Assembly: GCA_963665845.2 (NCBI GenBank)
Contig: OY762492.1
Span: 3,360,001 to 3,424,000, forward strand
From: Candidatus Poribacteria bacterium
Lineage (GTDB): Bacteria > Poribacteria > WGA-4E > GCA-2687025
Length of the DNA: 64,000 bases
Direction of reading: 5' to 3'
In this document: positions 42,862-51,777 of the stretch, piece by piece
Numbering within the stretch: the stretch's first letter is position 1
How the letters are laid out: every line of letters begins with the position of its first letter
Program-made: the position numbers and the translations under genes
Notes under the pieces: generated by a model
What the model was told of the DNA's origin: nothing
What the model saw: the letters and a program-made list of their open reading frames with translations, nothing else
Database searches by the model: none

Positions 42862-42910
42862 TCAACTTCCTGTTCTGTCCGCCGTTCGAAGCGGCGTCTG
42901 CCCGCTGTCT

Positions 42911-43088
42911 GCCATTCCCGCCCACGCGGGAATCTAGAGTATAACAGACGACGTCCGCGCCCGGCTCTCATGCCCGTCCCCACTCCTCGTCCCCCGCTTC
43001 CCCGTTTTCACGAGGACATGCATTCCCGCGCCTCATAGCCTGCCCCCGTGAAAACGGGGGTCATTCCCGCGCAAGCGGGAATCTTAGT
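42911..43088. repeat. Nested REP cluster
   Basis: CCATTCCCGCCCACGCGGGAATC; CCCCGTTTTCACGAGG; CTCATAGCCTGCCCCCGTGAAAACGGGGGTCATTCCC...; reverse relative of ~50590-50712. Confidence 0.85.
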
Positions 43089-43182
43089 ACCTTGAACAGG
43101 TTGCGCCGCCCTCCGCGCTCGTGTATGATCTTTATGAAGATGTTTTGAAATCGCAGGAGATGAGTACGGAAAGGACGCCGAC

Positions 43183-44382
43183 ATGATGATCTGGACGCCG
43201 CAAGGCGCTGACACAAAACGATTCGCTCTCCGCCTGACGCTGATTGCCGCCGCCCTTGCCGCAGTTGCGGGCGGCGCATGGTTCCTGTCCACTACCGCGC
43301 ACAGCGCCGCGCCGAAGCCAAAAAAATGTCAATGCATTCCTGAGAATGGTCTGGAGTTCAAGGACTGGCAAGCGGGGCCGGAGCGTGTCCACTACATTCC
43401 GGAGCGGAGACCGAGGAAGACCTTCATCACAAACCGGCAGACGTTTTGCAAAGTTTATGCAGAAGCTGGGACTGTATGTCCCGAAGATGCCGACATCCCC
43501 CCGATAGAGTGGTATTGGTTTCCATCAATGACACATGGTTTCAAGTTGCGGCCGAGAGGCATGTTTGCAGGGCTATGGATGGAGGGGCGCTTCATTTATT
43601 GGGGCTCAGGCTTTGGGGACAGACATGAGCCCCAGAGCTGCGCAGGCAACGGACGGGGCAATACTCCGATGCGCATTGACCTCACTTTAGAAGCCTTATA
43701 TGAGTGTCCTTCTTTCTGCGGGCGTTGCGGGGCATTTCCTGCGTGTCCTATGTGGGGAGTAAAGCGTACTTATACCGCCAATCTTGTCCTGACCCAGGAC
43801 CCGATAGACGAGATTCGGCAGGAGTATGTCGACCATGATGACCATCCTAAGTTAGGCGCAATTTCCGTTCCCAGCCGCGGCGATTTTAAGGCAAAAGTCG
43901 ATCTCTATGCGCCGACCTCGGACCCGCCCAACTGGATGGTGGATACGGGGAGTGGGCGCGCCGAGTACCATGCCAGCTGGGCGAAACACTGCACGGATGT
44001 ATTGAGAGAAAAGGTGAAAGAGCGTCTGAAAAAACAGGGGATGGGAGAAAAGGAGGCGAAAGAGAAGGCGGACACGTATACGCTCACGGTGGATGATCTG
44101 CCGATCAACAGTGGTTACCGAAATCCCGAGCACAACTGGGAGCATGTGAAGGCGCAGAGTAAAAAGTATAAACCGGCTTGGCACAGTGAGCATCAATACG
44201 GCACTGCGCTGGACGTTAACGCCCGCAATATCGATATGGACGACGACGGAGAAAGCGGCACGGATGCGGACAAAGACCTAATGATGAAAGCCGCGGAAGC
44301 GTCGTTTGCTGCTTTCGGCGTAGGCGGCCACACACAAAGATACGGCAACACCAACCATGTCCATGCGGATTGGAGGCCTTAG
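43183..44382 (+). CDS. Exported Cys-rich protein with C-terminal peptidase M15 (Zn D-Ala-D-Ala peptidase-like) domain
   Basis: N-terminal hydrophobic segment; INSGYRNPEHN, SEHQYGTALD (Hx6D), NHVHADW (HxH). Confidence 0.8.
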   Translation: MMIWTPQGADTKRFALRLTLIAAALAAVAGGAWFLSTTAHSAAPKPKKCQCIPENGLEFKDWQAGPERVHYIPERRPRKTFITNRQTFCKVYAEAGTVCPEDADIPPIEWYWFPSMTHGFKLRPRGMFAGLWMEGRFIYWGSGFGDRHEPQSCAGNGRGNTPMRIDLTLEALYECPSFCGRCGAFPACPMWGVKRTYTANLVLTQDPIDEIRQEYVDHDDHPKLGAISVPSRGDFKAKVDLYAPTSDPPNWMVDTGSGRAEYHASWAKHCTDVLREKVKERLKKQGMGEKEAKEKADTYTLTVDDLPINSGYRNPEHNWEHVKAQSKKYKPAWHSEHQYGTALDVNARNIDMDDDGESGTDADKDLMMKAAEASFAAFGVGGHTQRYGNTNHVHADWRP

Positions 44383-44384
44383 AA

Positions 44385-45143
44385 ATGACGACTCGCGCGC
44401 TCGCAAAAATCATGTTGGCGGCCGGGGTCTGTGTTTTGTTGGCGTTTGGATACATGGCGCTCAAATACGGAGGCAAACCGGAGCCGGAGCCTGAGTTCAT
44501 TCAAACGCCGAAGGCAGAGCCGCAAGCCCCCGTTCCCGAGCCGGAGCCGCAAAAGCCCGCCCCCGCGCCTTTAAAAGAAGAGGTCAAACCGTCGGTTGAT
44601 TCCACAGAAAGCGCCAACGCCCCAGACACGCCGTTGGATCCTGACGCGACTGCCTGGGACAAGGTGGAGCATATCCGCAACAACCTGCATCTCTACGGGA
44701 CTTTCCACCCAGACGCCGACGCCATCATCGCGCAATTGATGCCTCCCCCCGACGGATTTTTGAACGCAAAATCGGGGTTTACCGAATGCGGCGAATTCAT
44801 TCATGACGAGGCGGGGTCAGAACAGGTGATCGCGCTGTTCAAGCAGCTGATCCCATTGAAGGACCCTCGCACCGCAGAACTGCTCGTACGATACAGCTAC
44901 GAGTACGGCACTAGAAGCGCCACGTGGTCGCGCGCTCTGGTGACTTTGGGCGCGCCCAGCATCCCGTTCTTATTGGAGCATGCGGATGACAAAGTGTGGG
45001 GCGATTCTGTGGCCGTGCAGTTGAAAAGGATTGTCGACCGCCATCCTGATTTGGACCCCGACATCGTGACCGATATCCTTGAGCCGCTGTTTGAGAAGCA
45101 TAAAGGCTGGATCCAGCAGCATCAGGAATGGGGTACACTGTAA
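44385..45143 (+). CDS. Membrane-anchored helical hypothetical protein, paralogue 1
   Basis: N-terminal TM, Pro-rich linker, KVEHIRNNLHLYGTFHP, RHPDLDPDIV; ATG 2 bp after the M15 stop. Confidence 0.8.
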   Translation: MTTRALAKIMLAAGVCVLLAFGYMALKYGGKPEPEPEFIQTPKAEPQAPVPEPEPQKPAPAPLKEEVKPSVDSTESANAPDTPLDPDATAWDKVEHIRNNLHLYGTFHPDADAIIAQLMPPPDGFLNAKSGFTECGEFIHDEAGSEQVIALFKQLIPLKDPRTAELLVRYSYEYGTRSATWSRALVTLGAPSIPFLLEHADDKVWGDSVAVQLKRIVDRHPDLDPDIVTDILEPLFEKHKGWIQQHQEWGTL

Positions 45144-45167
45144 CTCTGATACCGGGCGGATTTAGAG

Positions 45168-45926
45168 ATGAGGACCCGCGCGCTCGCAATGATCATGTTG
45201 GCGGTCGGAGTCTGCGTTTTGTTGGCGTTTGGATATGCGGCTCTCAAATACCGAGGCAAACCCGCGCCGGAACCTGAAATCATCCAAACGCCGAAGGCGC
45301 AGTCCCCCGCCCCTGAACCAGAGCAGCCGCAAACGCCTGTCTCCGCGCCTTTAGAGGAGGTCAAGCCGTCGGTTGAGCCTACAGAAAGCGCCGACGCGCC
45401 AGTCGCCCCGTTGGATCCTGACGCGACTGCCTGGGACAAGGTGGAGCATATCCGCAACAACCTGCATCTCTACGGGACTTTCCATCCGGACGCCGACGCG
45501 ATCATCGCGCAATTGATGCCCCCGCCCGACGGATTTTTGAACGCAAAGTCGGGATTTACCGAGTGCGGCGAATTTATTCATGACGAGGCGGCTGATGAAC
45601 TGGTGATCGCGCTATTCAAGCAGCTGATCCCGTTGAACGATCCGCGGTCTGCAGAACTGCTCGCGCGGTACCTATACGAGTACGGCTCGGGGGGTACTTC
45701 GTGGACACGCGCTCTGGTGAACTTGGGAGCGCCGAGCATTCCCTTCTTGTTGGATCATGTAAAGATGGAGGATGGCGCGTCTAGGTCTTCCGTGGTCGTT
45801 GAGTTGAAAAGTATCGTCAACCGTCACCCCGATTTGGACCCCGACATCGTGACCGATATTCTTGAGCCTCTGTTTGAGCAGCACATATCGCTGATCCAGA
45901 AGTATCAGGAAATGGGCATACTGTAA
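45168..45926 (+). CDS. Membrane-anchored helical hypothetical protein, paralogue 2
   Basis: Same motifs; long DNA identity with paralogue 1. Confidence 0.8.
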   Translation: MRTRALAMIMLAVGVCVLLAFGYAALKYRGKPAPEPEIIQTPKAQSPAPEPEQPQTPVSAPLEEVKPSVEPTESADAPVAPLDPDATAWDKVEHIRNNLHLYGTFHPDADAIIAQLMPPPDGFLNAKSGFTECGEFIHDEAADELVIALFKQLIPLNDPRSAELLARYLYEYGSGGTSWTRALVNLGAPSIPFLLDHVKMEDGASRSSVVVELKSIVNRHPDLDPDIVTDILEPLFEQHISLIQKYQEMGIL

Positions 45927-45954
45927 TCCTGATTCCTCCTTGGGAGCCTTAGAA

Positions 45955-46722
45955 ATGACGACCCGCCGCCTCGCTGTGATCTTGGGTTGCGTCGGAGCTC
46001 TTGTATTCTTGGCGTTTGGATACGCGGCGCTCAAATACCGAGGCAAACCCGCGCCTGCGCCTGAGATCGTTCAATCGCCTGTGGTTCAGACCCCAGAACC
46101 CTCGCCGCCCGTTTTCGAACCGCCGAAGACGCCGCCGCCTGAACCGAAGACGCCTGAACCGCTGGCAGACGCGGAGATTAAACCGAAGGCTGCGCGAAAA
46201 GAATCGGCAGCGGAGCAGAAGGCTCCGTTGGATCCCGCGCGCGTCGCAGCCGCCCGAGAGAAGGTGGAGCATATCCGCAACAACCTGCATCTCTACGGAA
46301 CTTTTCATCCCGAAGCGGACGAGATCATTGACCAATTGCTGCCTGTTCCGGTGGAAGGTGTGGACGAGGCGGAGGCAGAGGAGGCGCTTGTTTTGTTCGA
46401 GCGGCTCATCTCTTTGAACGATCCGCGCGCTGCAGAACCGCTCGTGCGATGGCAAATCGCGGGACCTGCGAACAGCGGCGCATGGGGGGACGCTATGATA
46501 GAGTTGGGCGCGCCTTGCATTCCGTTCTTATTGGAGTATGCGGATGACGATTTGATGGGTACAGATGTTGCCATAGATTTGAAAATGATCGTCAACCGCC
46601 ACCCCGATTTGGACCCCGACATCGTGACCTATATCCTTGAGCCGCTGTTTGAAAAGCACAAACGCTGGTTCGAGCTTCGCCAGGAATGGGGCATACTGCC
46701 GAGCGGCATACTAGAACCTTGA
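45955..46722 (+). CDS. Membrane-anchored helical hypothetical protein, paralogue 3
   Basis: Same motifs, more diverged core. Confidence 0.8.
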   Translation: MTTRRLAVILGCVGALVFLAFGYAALKYRGKPAPAPEIVQSPVVQTPEPSPPVFEPPKTPPPEPKTPEPLADAEIKPKAARKESAAEQKAPLDPARVAAAREKVEHIRNNLHLYGTFHPEADEIIDQLLPVPVEGVDEAEAEEALVLFERLISLNDPRAAEPLVRWQIAGPANSGAWGDAMIELGAPCIPFLLEYADDDLMGTDVAIDLKMIVNRHPDLDPDIVTYILEPLFEKHKRWFELRQEWGILPSGILEP

Positions 46723-46761
46723 TTCCTCCTCGGAAGGCGTTAGAAGGACTCCCCGCCCATT

Positions 46762-48987
46762 TCACAGCGCGCTGATCGGATCCATGTCAACCACAATAGA
46801 CGCGGGTCCTTTCGCCGTTTGAAGCGCCGCGCGCGCCGCCCGCCGAAGAGCGCGCGCGTCCTCATGACATAAAAAAAGATGCCAGCGAAACTGATTGCGC
46901 AGCTTCGAAAAGCGCGCCGGCGCCGGACCCTTGACAACAACGCCCGTCTCCTCCGCATGCGCCTTCAGCGCGTCGCCGAGCTTGTAGGCGGTCTCCCTTG
47001 TCCGATCTTCGATCTCATCATGAATCAAGAAACGCAGCGCATGCGTGAACGGCGGATACCCGTATTCGCTCCGCGCCTCCATTTCCTCCTGTTGAAACGC
47101 TTCATAATCGTGCCGGCTTGCCGCTTCGATGCTGTAATGCCCCGGCTGATACGATTGAAAGATCGCCTCGCCGCCCAGCTCGCCGCGCCCTGACCTGCCC
47201 GCCGCCTGCGTCAACAGGTTGAACGAACGCTCGCTCGCGCGAAAATCGGGCAGATGCAGCGCCGTCTCTGCCAGAATCACCCCGACCAGCGTCACGCGCG
47301 GAAAGTCCAGCCCCTTCGCAATCATCTGCGTTCCGACCAGTATGTCGATCTCCCCTGCGCGAAACGCGGACAAGATGCGCGCATGCGAATCGCGCCCTGA
47401 AGTGGAGTCGGCGTCCATCCGTTGAACGCGCGCCGCCGGAAACGCCTCCTGCGTCATCTGCTCAATCTGCTGCGTTCCGAGTCCGAGTTGGCGGATTCGC
47501 GCGCTGCCGCATCTGCCGCACCGTTCAGGCATCCTGCGCGTATGGCTGCAGTGGTGGCACAGCATCAGCCGGCGCCAATTATGGTAGGTCAAGGTGATGT
47601 GGCAGTTTTTGCAGATTTCGGGCTGTCCGCAGTCTCGGCAGAACACGTAGGTGGAATGCCCGCGGCGGTTCAAAAGCAGCAGCGTCTGCTCGCGCCGTTT
47701 CAGCCGCTGTTCAACCGCCGAGCGCAGCTCCCTTGAAAACGGCGTTCGGTTGCCCGCCTTCAGCTCCTCGCGCATATCAACGACGCGCACGGGCGGAAGC
47801 GGTATGTCCAGAACCCGCTTTTTGAGGCGCAGCATCCGATCCGTTCCCTCTAACGCGCGGCGCATGCTTTCCAGCGACGGCGTCGCGGAGCCTAAGATGA
47901 AACAGGCGTTGGACTGTTCAGCGCGGCGGCGCGCCGTTTCGCGGGCATGGTAACGCGGCGCCGGCTCCTGCTGCTTATAGCTTTCCGCATGCTCCTCGTC
48001 GATGATCAGGATGCCGAGGTTTGAAAGCGGCGCAAACACCGCCGAGCGCGGACCGACGACGATGTCCGCTTCTCCGCGCCGTATGCGCATCCATTCATCG
48101 CGCCGCTTTGCGTCGGACAGCCTGCTATGGAGAACGGCGACTCGGTCGCCGAAACGCGCTCTCAAACGGCGCGAGGTTTGGGGAGTCAGGGCGATCTCCG
48201 GCACCAGGACGAGCGCCGAACGCCCCCGCGCGACGGCCTCCTGCATCGCCTGCATATACACCTCCGTTTTGCCGCTGCCGGTGACTCCGTAAAGCAGGAA
48301 ACGGGAGGCGGTCTCCGACAGGACAGCGGCGCGCAGCGCTTCATACGCGGCAGCCTGCTCTGGGTTCAGCTGAAGCGGGGAATCGTTCAATTCAAACGAC
48401 GCGCTCTGCTCAGGCGGCGCGCCGCTTTCTTTAGGGAGAGGCTCCACAATTGCCAGCCCCAGCGCCTGCAGAGCGCGCGCCGTATTATGGGACGCATCCG
48501 CCGCCCGTACTGCAGACGCGGCGGGTATCGGCTCCGCCTGTCTGCATAGGTACTCCAGCAGGGCGGCTTGCTTCGGCGCTTTTTTCTGTTTCAGTTCCGC
48601 CTGCTCCAGCGCCTGTTCGGGCGCAACGGCGAGCCGTATGCCGAGGGGGCGCCGCGGTTGTCGCCGCGCGCTGGACGGGGACGCCGCGGCCAGCGCCTCC
48701 CCCCATGAACAGAGATAGTAGCCGCCGACCCAGCGGCACAGCTCCAGCATCTCCCGCGAAAAAAAAGGCGTCTCATCCAGACAGCTCAACAACGGCAGCA
48801 CGCGCGCCGCCTCCACGCCCGCCTCGCCGCTCAAACCGACCGCGGCGCCCTCCAAACGCCGCCCGTTGAACGAAGCCGTCACGCGGCATCCTTCCTGTAC
48901 GGTACCGATCAGCTCGTCGGGAACGCGGTAAGAAAACTGCCGGTCGACAGGCACCGGAAACGCGACCGAAACGTATAGTTCGGACAT
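46762..48987 (-). CDS. priA: Primosomal protein N' (replication-restart helicase)
   Basis: YGVTGSGKTEVY, LVPEIALTPQ, IIDEEH, four CxxC zinc knuckles, GTQMIAKGLDFP; start inferred at MSELYV. Confidence 0.97.
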   Translation of the reverse strand: MSELYVSVAFPVPVDRQFSYRVPDELIGTVQEGCRVTASFNGRRLEGAAVGLSGEAGVEAARVLPLLSCLDETPFFSREMLELCRWVGGYYLCSWGEALAAASPSSARRQPRRPLGIRLAVAPEQALEQAELKQKKAPKQAALLEYLCRQAEPIPAASAVRAADASHNTARALQALGLAIVEPLPKESGAPPEQSASFELNDSPLQLNPEQAAAYEALRAAVLSETASRFLLYGVTGSGKTEVYMQAMQEAVARGRSALVLVPEIALTPQTSRRLRARFGDRVAVLHSRLSDAKRRDEWMRIRRGEADIVVGPRSAVFAPLSNLGILIIDEEHAESYKQQEPAPRYHARETARRRAEQSNACFILGSATPSLESMRRALEGTDRMLRLKKRVLDIPLPPVRVVDMREELKAGNRTPFSRELRSAVEQRLKRREQTLLLLNRRGHSTYVFCRDCGQPEICKNCHITLTYHNWRRLMLCHHCSHTRRMPERCGRCGSARIRQLGLGTQQIEQMTQEAFPAARVQRMDADSTSGRDSHARILSAFRAGEIDILVGTQMIAKGLDFPRVTLVGVILAETALHLPDFRASERSFNLLTQAAGRSGRGELGGEAIFQSYQPGHYSIEAASRHDYEAFQQEEMEARSEYGYPPFTHALRFLIHDEIEDRTRETAYKLGDALKAHAEETGVVVKGPAPARFSKLRNQFRWHLFLCHEDARALRRAARAALQTAKGPASIVVDMDPISAL

Positions 48988-48988
48988 A

Positions 48989-50116
48989 TCAGGCGCGTTC
49001 CAGTTCCGTTTTGACAAGCGCCATATGCATCTTTCCCTCCCTGTCCATGCGCGTTCGGGCGTTGGCCGGGGCGTCCAGATCCATCATGAGCTGACTTCCG
49101 TCGATCCAGGTAACGCGCCGTTGAAACGCGCTGGAGGGCGGACCTTCCAGGGGGTGCGTCGGCATGACGCGGACGCCGTTGACCTCCGAAAAAACGCCCA
49201 GCTCAAACTCCGCCTCGATCAGCGCCGACGCCGCCTCCTCGCCCAGCGCGACAATCACCCGCGGCTGAATGCGCTCAATCTGCCGAAGCAGATACGGACG
49301 GCAACGCTCCGTCTCCCGCCAAAACGCGCGCCCGTCTGTCGACAAACGGCATTTTAAAAGGTATGCTACATACACATCCTCTCGGCGCAGGTCCGCCGCT
49401 GCGATCAGGCTTTCCAAGCGCGTTTTCGGCTCCGGCATCTGATACGGCTTCCCTTTTCGATCCTCCGCTCCGCCTGGCGCCAGCCCAATCAGCATGAGGT
49501 CGGCGTCCGGCTTGCCTTCTCCAAAAACGACATGCTTTCGTTCAAGATGAAGCCGGCAGCGCCGGCAGCCGCTCGCCTCTTCAGCCAGCGCGGACAGCTC
49601 CATGCCGGCAAACGAAATCTCGGCGTCGAGAGTAAAGGCGGAATCGCGCAGCGGAAAGGAGCGGTTTCGGAACGATTCAACATCGCCCTTGGCGTCCGCC
49701 GCGCCGATCATGCCTAAAGCCTGCGCGATCCATGTTAAATAGGAGCGCGCCAGCTCTTTGTCCATATCGCTGTCGCCGGGGTGGGCGGCGGCGTTTCGCG
49801 CCGAGCGGATCAGATAGGTCAAGCTTTGGAACATGCGGTCGGTTCCGAAATCGTTCTCAAACGCCTCGCGCCAGTAGGTTCGGACAATGTCAGGAAAGTC
49901 GCCGATGTCGAGCGCGGCGCCGACATTTCCGCCGTTTTCCAGCAGCGTTCGGTTGAATTGGCTCGCGCGGTCTCGATGCATCGCGTCGCTGACGAGCGTT
50001 TGCAGGTTGCCGCGCCCCTGGATTCGCTTCAGCGCTTTTGGAATAAAGACGCGCATCTCGTCTCGGTACACAGTTAGAGCGTCGTTTAGAACGGCGATGT
50101 TGGGCGTTTGCGGCAT
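48989..50116 (-). CDS. Swt1-like HEPN domain fused to family-4 uracil-DNA glycosylase-like domain
   Basis: N-terminal [18 protein letters not shown]...[10 protein letters not shown] (RxxxxH); C-terminal CRRCRL...[42 protein letters not shown]; ATG at 50116 with GGAG RBS. Confidence 0.8.
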   Translation of the reverse strand: MPQTPNIAVLNDALTVYRDEMRVFIPKALKRIQGRGNLQTLVSDAMHRDRASQFNRTLLENGGNVGAALDIGDFPDIVRTYWREAFENDFGTDRMFQSLTYLIRSARNAAAHPGDSDMDKELARSYLTWIAQALGMIGAADAKGDVESFRNRSFPLRDSAFTLDAEISFAGMELSALAEEASGCRRCRLHLERKHVVFGEGKPDADLMLIGLAPGGAEDRKGKPYQMPEPKTRLESLIAAADLRREDVYVAYLLKCRLSTDGRAFWRETERCRPYLLRQIERIQPRVIVALGEEAASALIEAEFELGVFSEVNGVRVMPTHPLEGPPSSAFQRRVTWIDGSQLMMDLDAPANARTRMDREGKMHMALVKTELERA

Positions 50117-50196
50117 GGCTCTCTCCAAGAGCGTCGCGGCATTTGCCCATTCTAACACAGACGCCCCGCCCGTTCGATGCGCCTTCCGTCGGGTTC

Positions 50197-50712
50197 GTCA
50201 TTCCCGCCCTTGCCCTGCGGTAAAACGCGCGGGAATCTTAGGCGCTGCCGAAACCGCCCGTGTTCGCCCCAGGCGTCCATCCTACCCGCCGTCATTCCCG
50301 CCCTTGCGGTAAAACATGCGGGAATCCAGAGTCTACCCGAAACCGTCCGCGTTCACCTCAAACGTCCATACCGCCCGCCGCGCGGAAACCCCCAGCCCCC
50401 TTTCAAGGGGAGTTTAGCCGCCGCCGCTGTTGTCGTCTGAACTAGGATTGCCAAGATTGAAAAGATTGCCAAGAAATTTCCGTGCGCCGCTATCTTGGCA
50501 ATCTTAGTAATCCTTTCATCCTAGTTCAAACCGACTTCAGCCCGCGCGCCCTTTAAGATTCCCGTTTTCACGGGAATGACGGGGAGGAGGCGCGGGAATG
50601 ACCCCCGTTTTCACGGGGGCAGGCTATGAGGCGCGGGAATGACCCCCGTTTTCACGGGGGCAGGCTATGAGGCGCGGGAATGCATATCCTCGTGAAAACG
50701 GGGAAGCGGGGG
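50197..50712. repeat. Large composite repeat cluster
   Basis: Expanded REPs at 50197 and 50291, G-rich palindrome at ~50388, GAACTAGGATT...CTAGTTC at 50439-50527, REP at ~50557, two 41-bp tandem units containing ACCCCCGTTTTCACGGGGGCAGGCTATGAGGCGCGGGAATG. Confidence 0.9.
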
Positions 50713-50769
50713 ATGAGTCGCCGGCGCGGGCATGATTGCCGGACGCGCACGGCTTTTGCGCCGCCTTGC

Positions 50770-51708
50770 TTAAAAGAGAAGGTCCCGTTTTGGAACGGCG
50801 CCGTTCTCTGACGGAGCGGAGGCTGACATTTCGGCAACGCCCGCCGCTTCGTTCGATGTATCCGACTCTTCCGACTCTTTATGAGACGCGGGCGTTTCGG
50901 GAGCCGTTTCTTTCGGTTTAGAAACGCCGCCTGTTTCCTCCTGCGCGCGCAGTATCTGGCGCGTCTTCGCCGCCAGCTCCTTAAACAGACCGGCGTCCCT
51001 TGACGCCGCCGCCAGCTCCGCCGCGAGCTGCGCCCAGTGATCCTCGCGCATGTCGTTGCGCGATTCCACATGAAAACGGCGCCGCACATAGTTCCAAAAA
51101 TCGTCCTGCGACACGCCTTCGTTTTCAAAACGGCTGCGCAGCTTTTGCGCCGCCGCAAACGCCGCCTTCTGATGATTCGTGATCTTGTCGTTCAACGGTT
51201 TCTTCGGCGCCGTCTGAACCGGACGGCTCCCCCGCCCCTTCGCCTGACGGTAAAAATCGATCACCTCCAGAATGACCGGCGTCGGCAGCAGCTGCTTGAC
51301 CGCGTTGCGCTGCGCCTTGTGAACCGCCTTCGTGAACGCATACGGATCGTCGCGCCCGCCCTGTTTTTTCGGCTGTTCGCAGGCGCCGTAGCGGGAGTTG
51401 CCCGTCAGCGTGTCGGTCGCCTTCACTACGGCGATCCAGGAGTTCTCCCGATCCTCGTACTCCGCCTCTTCGACCTGGATGCCGCCGCGCCGGTTCGCCG
51501 CCTCGTTGATGCCCGCCAGCGTCAGCGCCTCCACCGTCCTGCCGCTCTGTCGAAACGAGTACACATAGGCGTCGATCGCCTGCCCCGTCATCATCTGGAC
51601 AATCTCCTGATCGTCCCGCTGATCAATCTGATCAGGGCTTTCGATGACGACGACCGCGTCTGCTGTTTCGTTGCCGCGCGTTTTGTCGTTCCGTTCCTCT
51701 ATGCTCAT
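50770..51708 (-). CDS. Hypothetical protein, possible Rad52/Sak-like ssDNA-annealing fold
   Basis: Real-looking ORF with RBS; AVVKATDTLTGNSRYG...AFTKAVHKAQRNA pattern; low-complexity acidic tail. Confidence 0.5.
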   Translation of the reverse strand: MSIEERNDKTRGNETADAVVVIESPDQIDQRDDQEIVQMMTGQAIDAYVYSFRQSGRTVEALTLAGINEAANRRGGIQVEEAEYEDRENSWIAVVKATDTLTGNSRYGACEQPKKQGGRDDPYAFTKAVHKAQRNAVKQLLPTPVILEVIDFYRQAKGRGSRPVQTAPKKPLNDKITNHQKAAFAAAQKLRSRFENEGVSQDDFWNYVRRRFHVESRNDMREDHWAQLAAELAAASRDAGLFKELAAKTRQILRAQEETGGVSKPKETAPETPASHKESEESDTSNEAAGVAEMSASAPSENGAVPKRDLLF

Positions 51709-51777
51709 CGGCTTTCTCCCGCGTTTGTCTGATTGTTCATGGGGCGCCTGCCGTTTTTGTCAAGGGTCAATGCTGTT

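Noticed and set aside
44380-46750. Integron cassette array (TTAGAA junctions resembling attC cores)
   Set aside because: Junctions are under ~40 bp, lack paired RYYYAAC/GTTRRRY boxes and hairpins, the genes are paralogues, and no integrase is present
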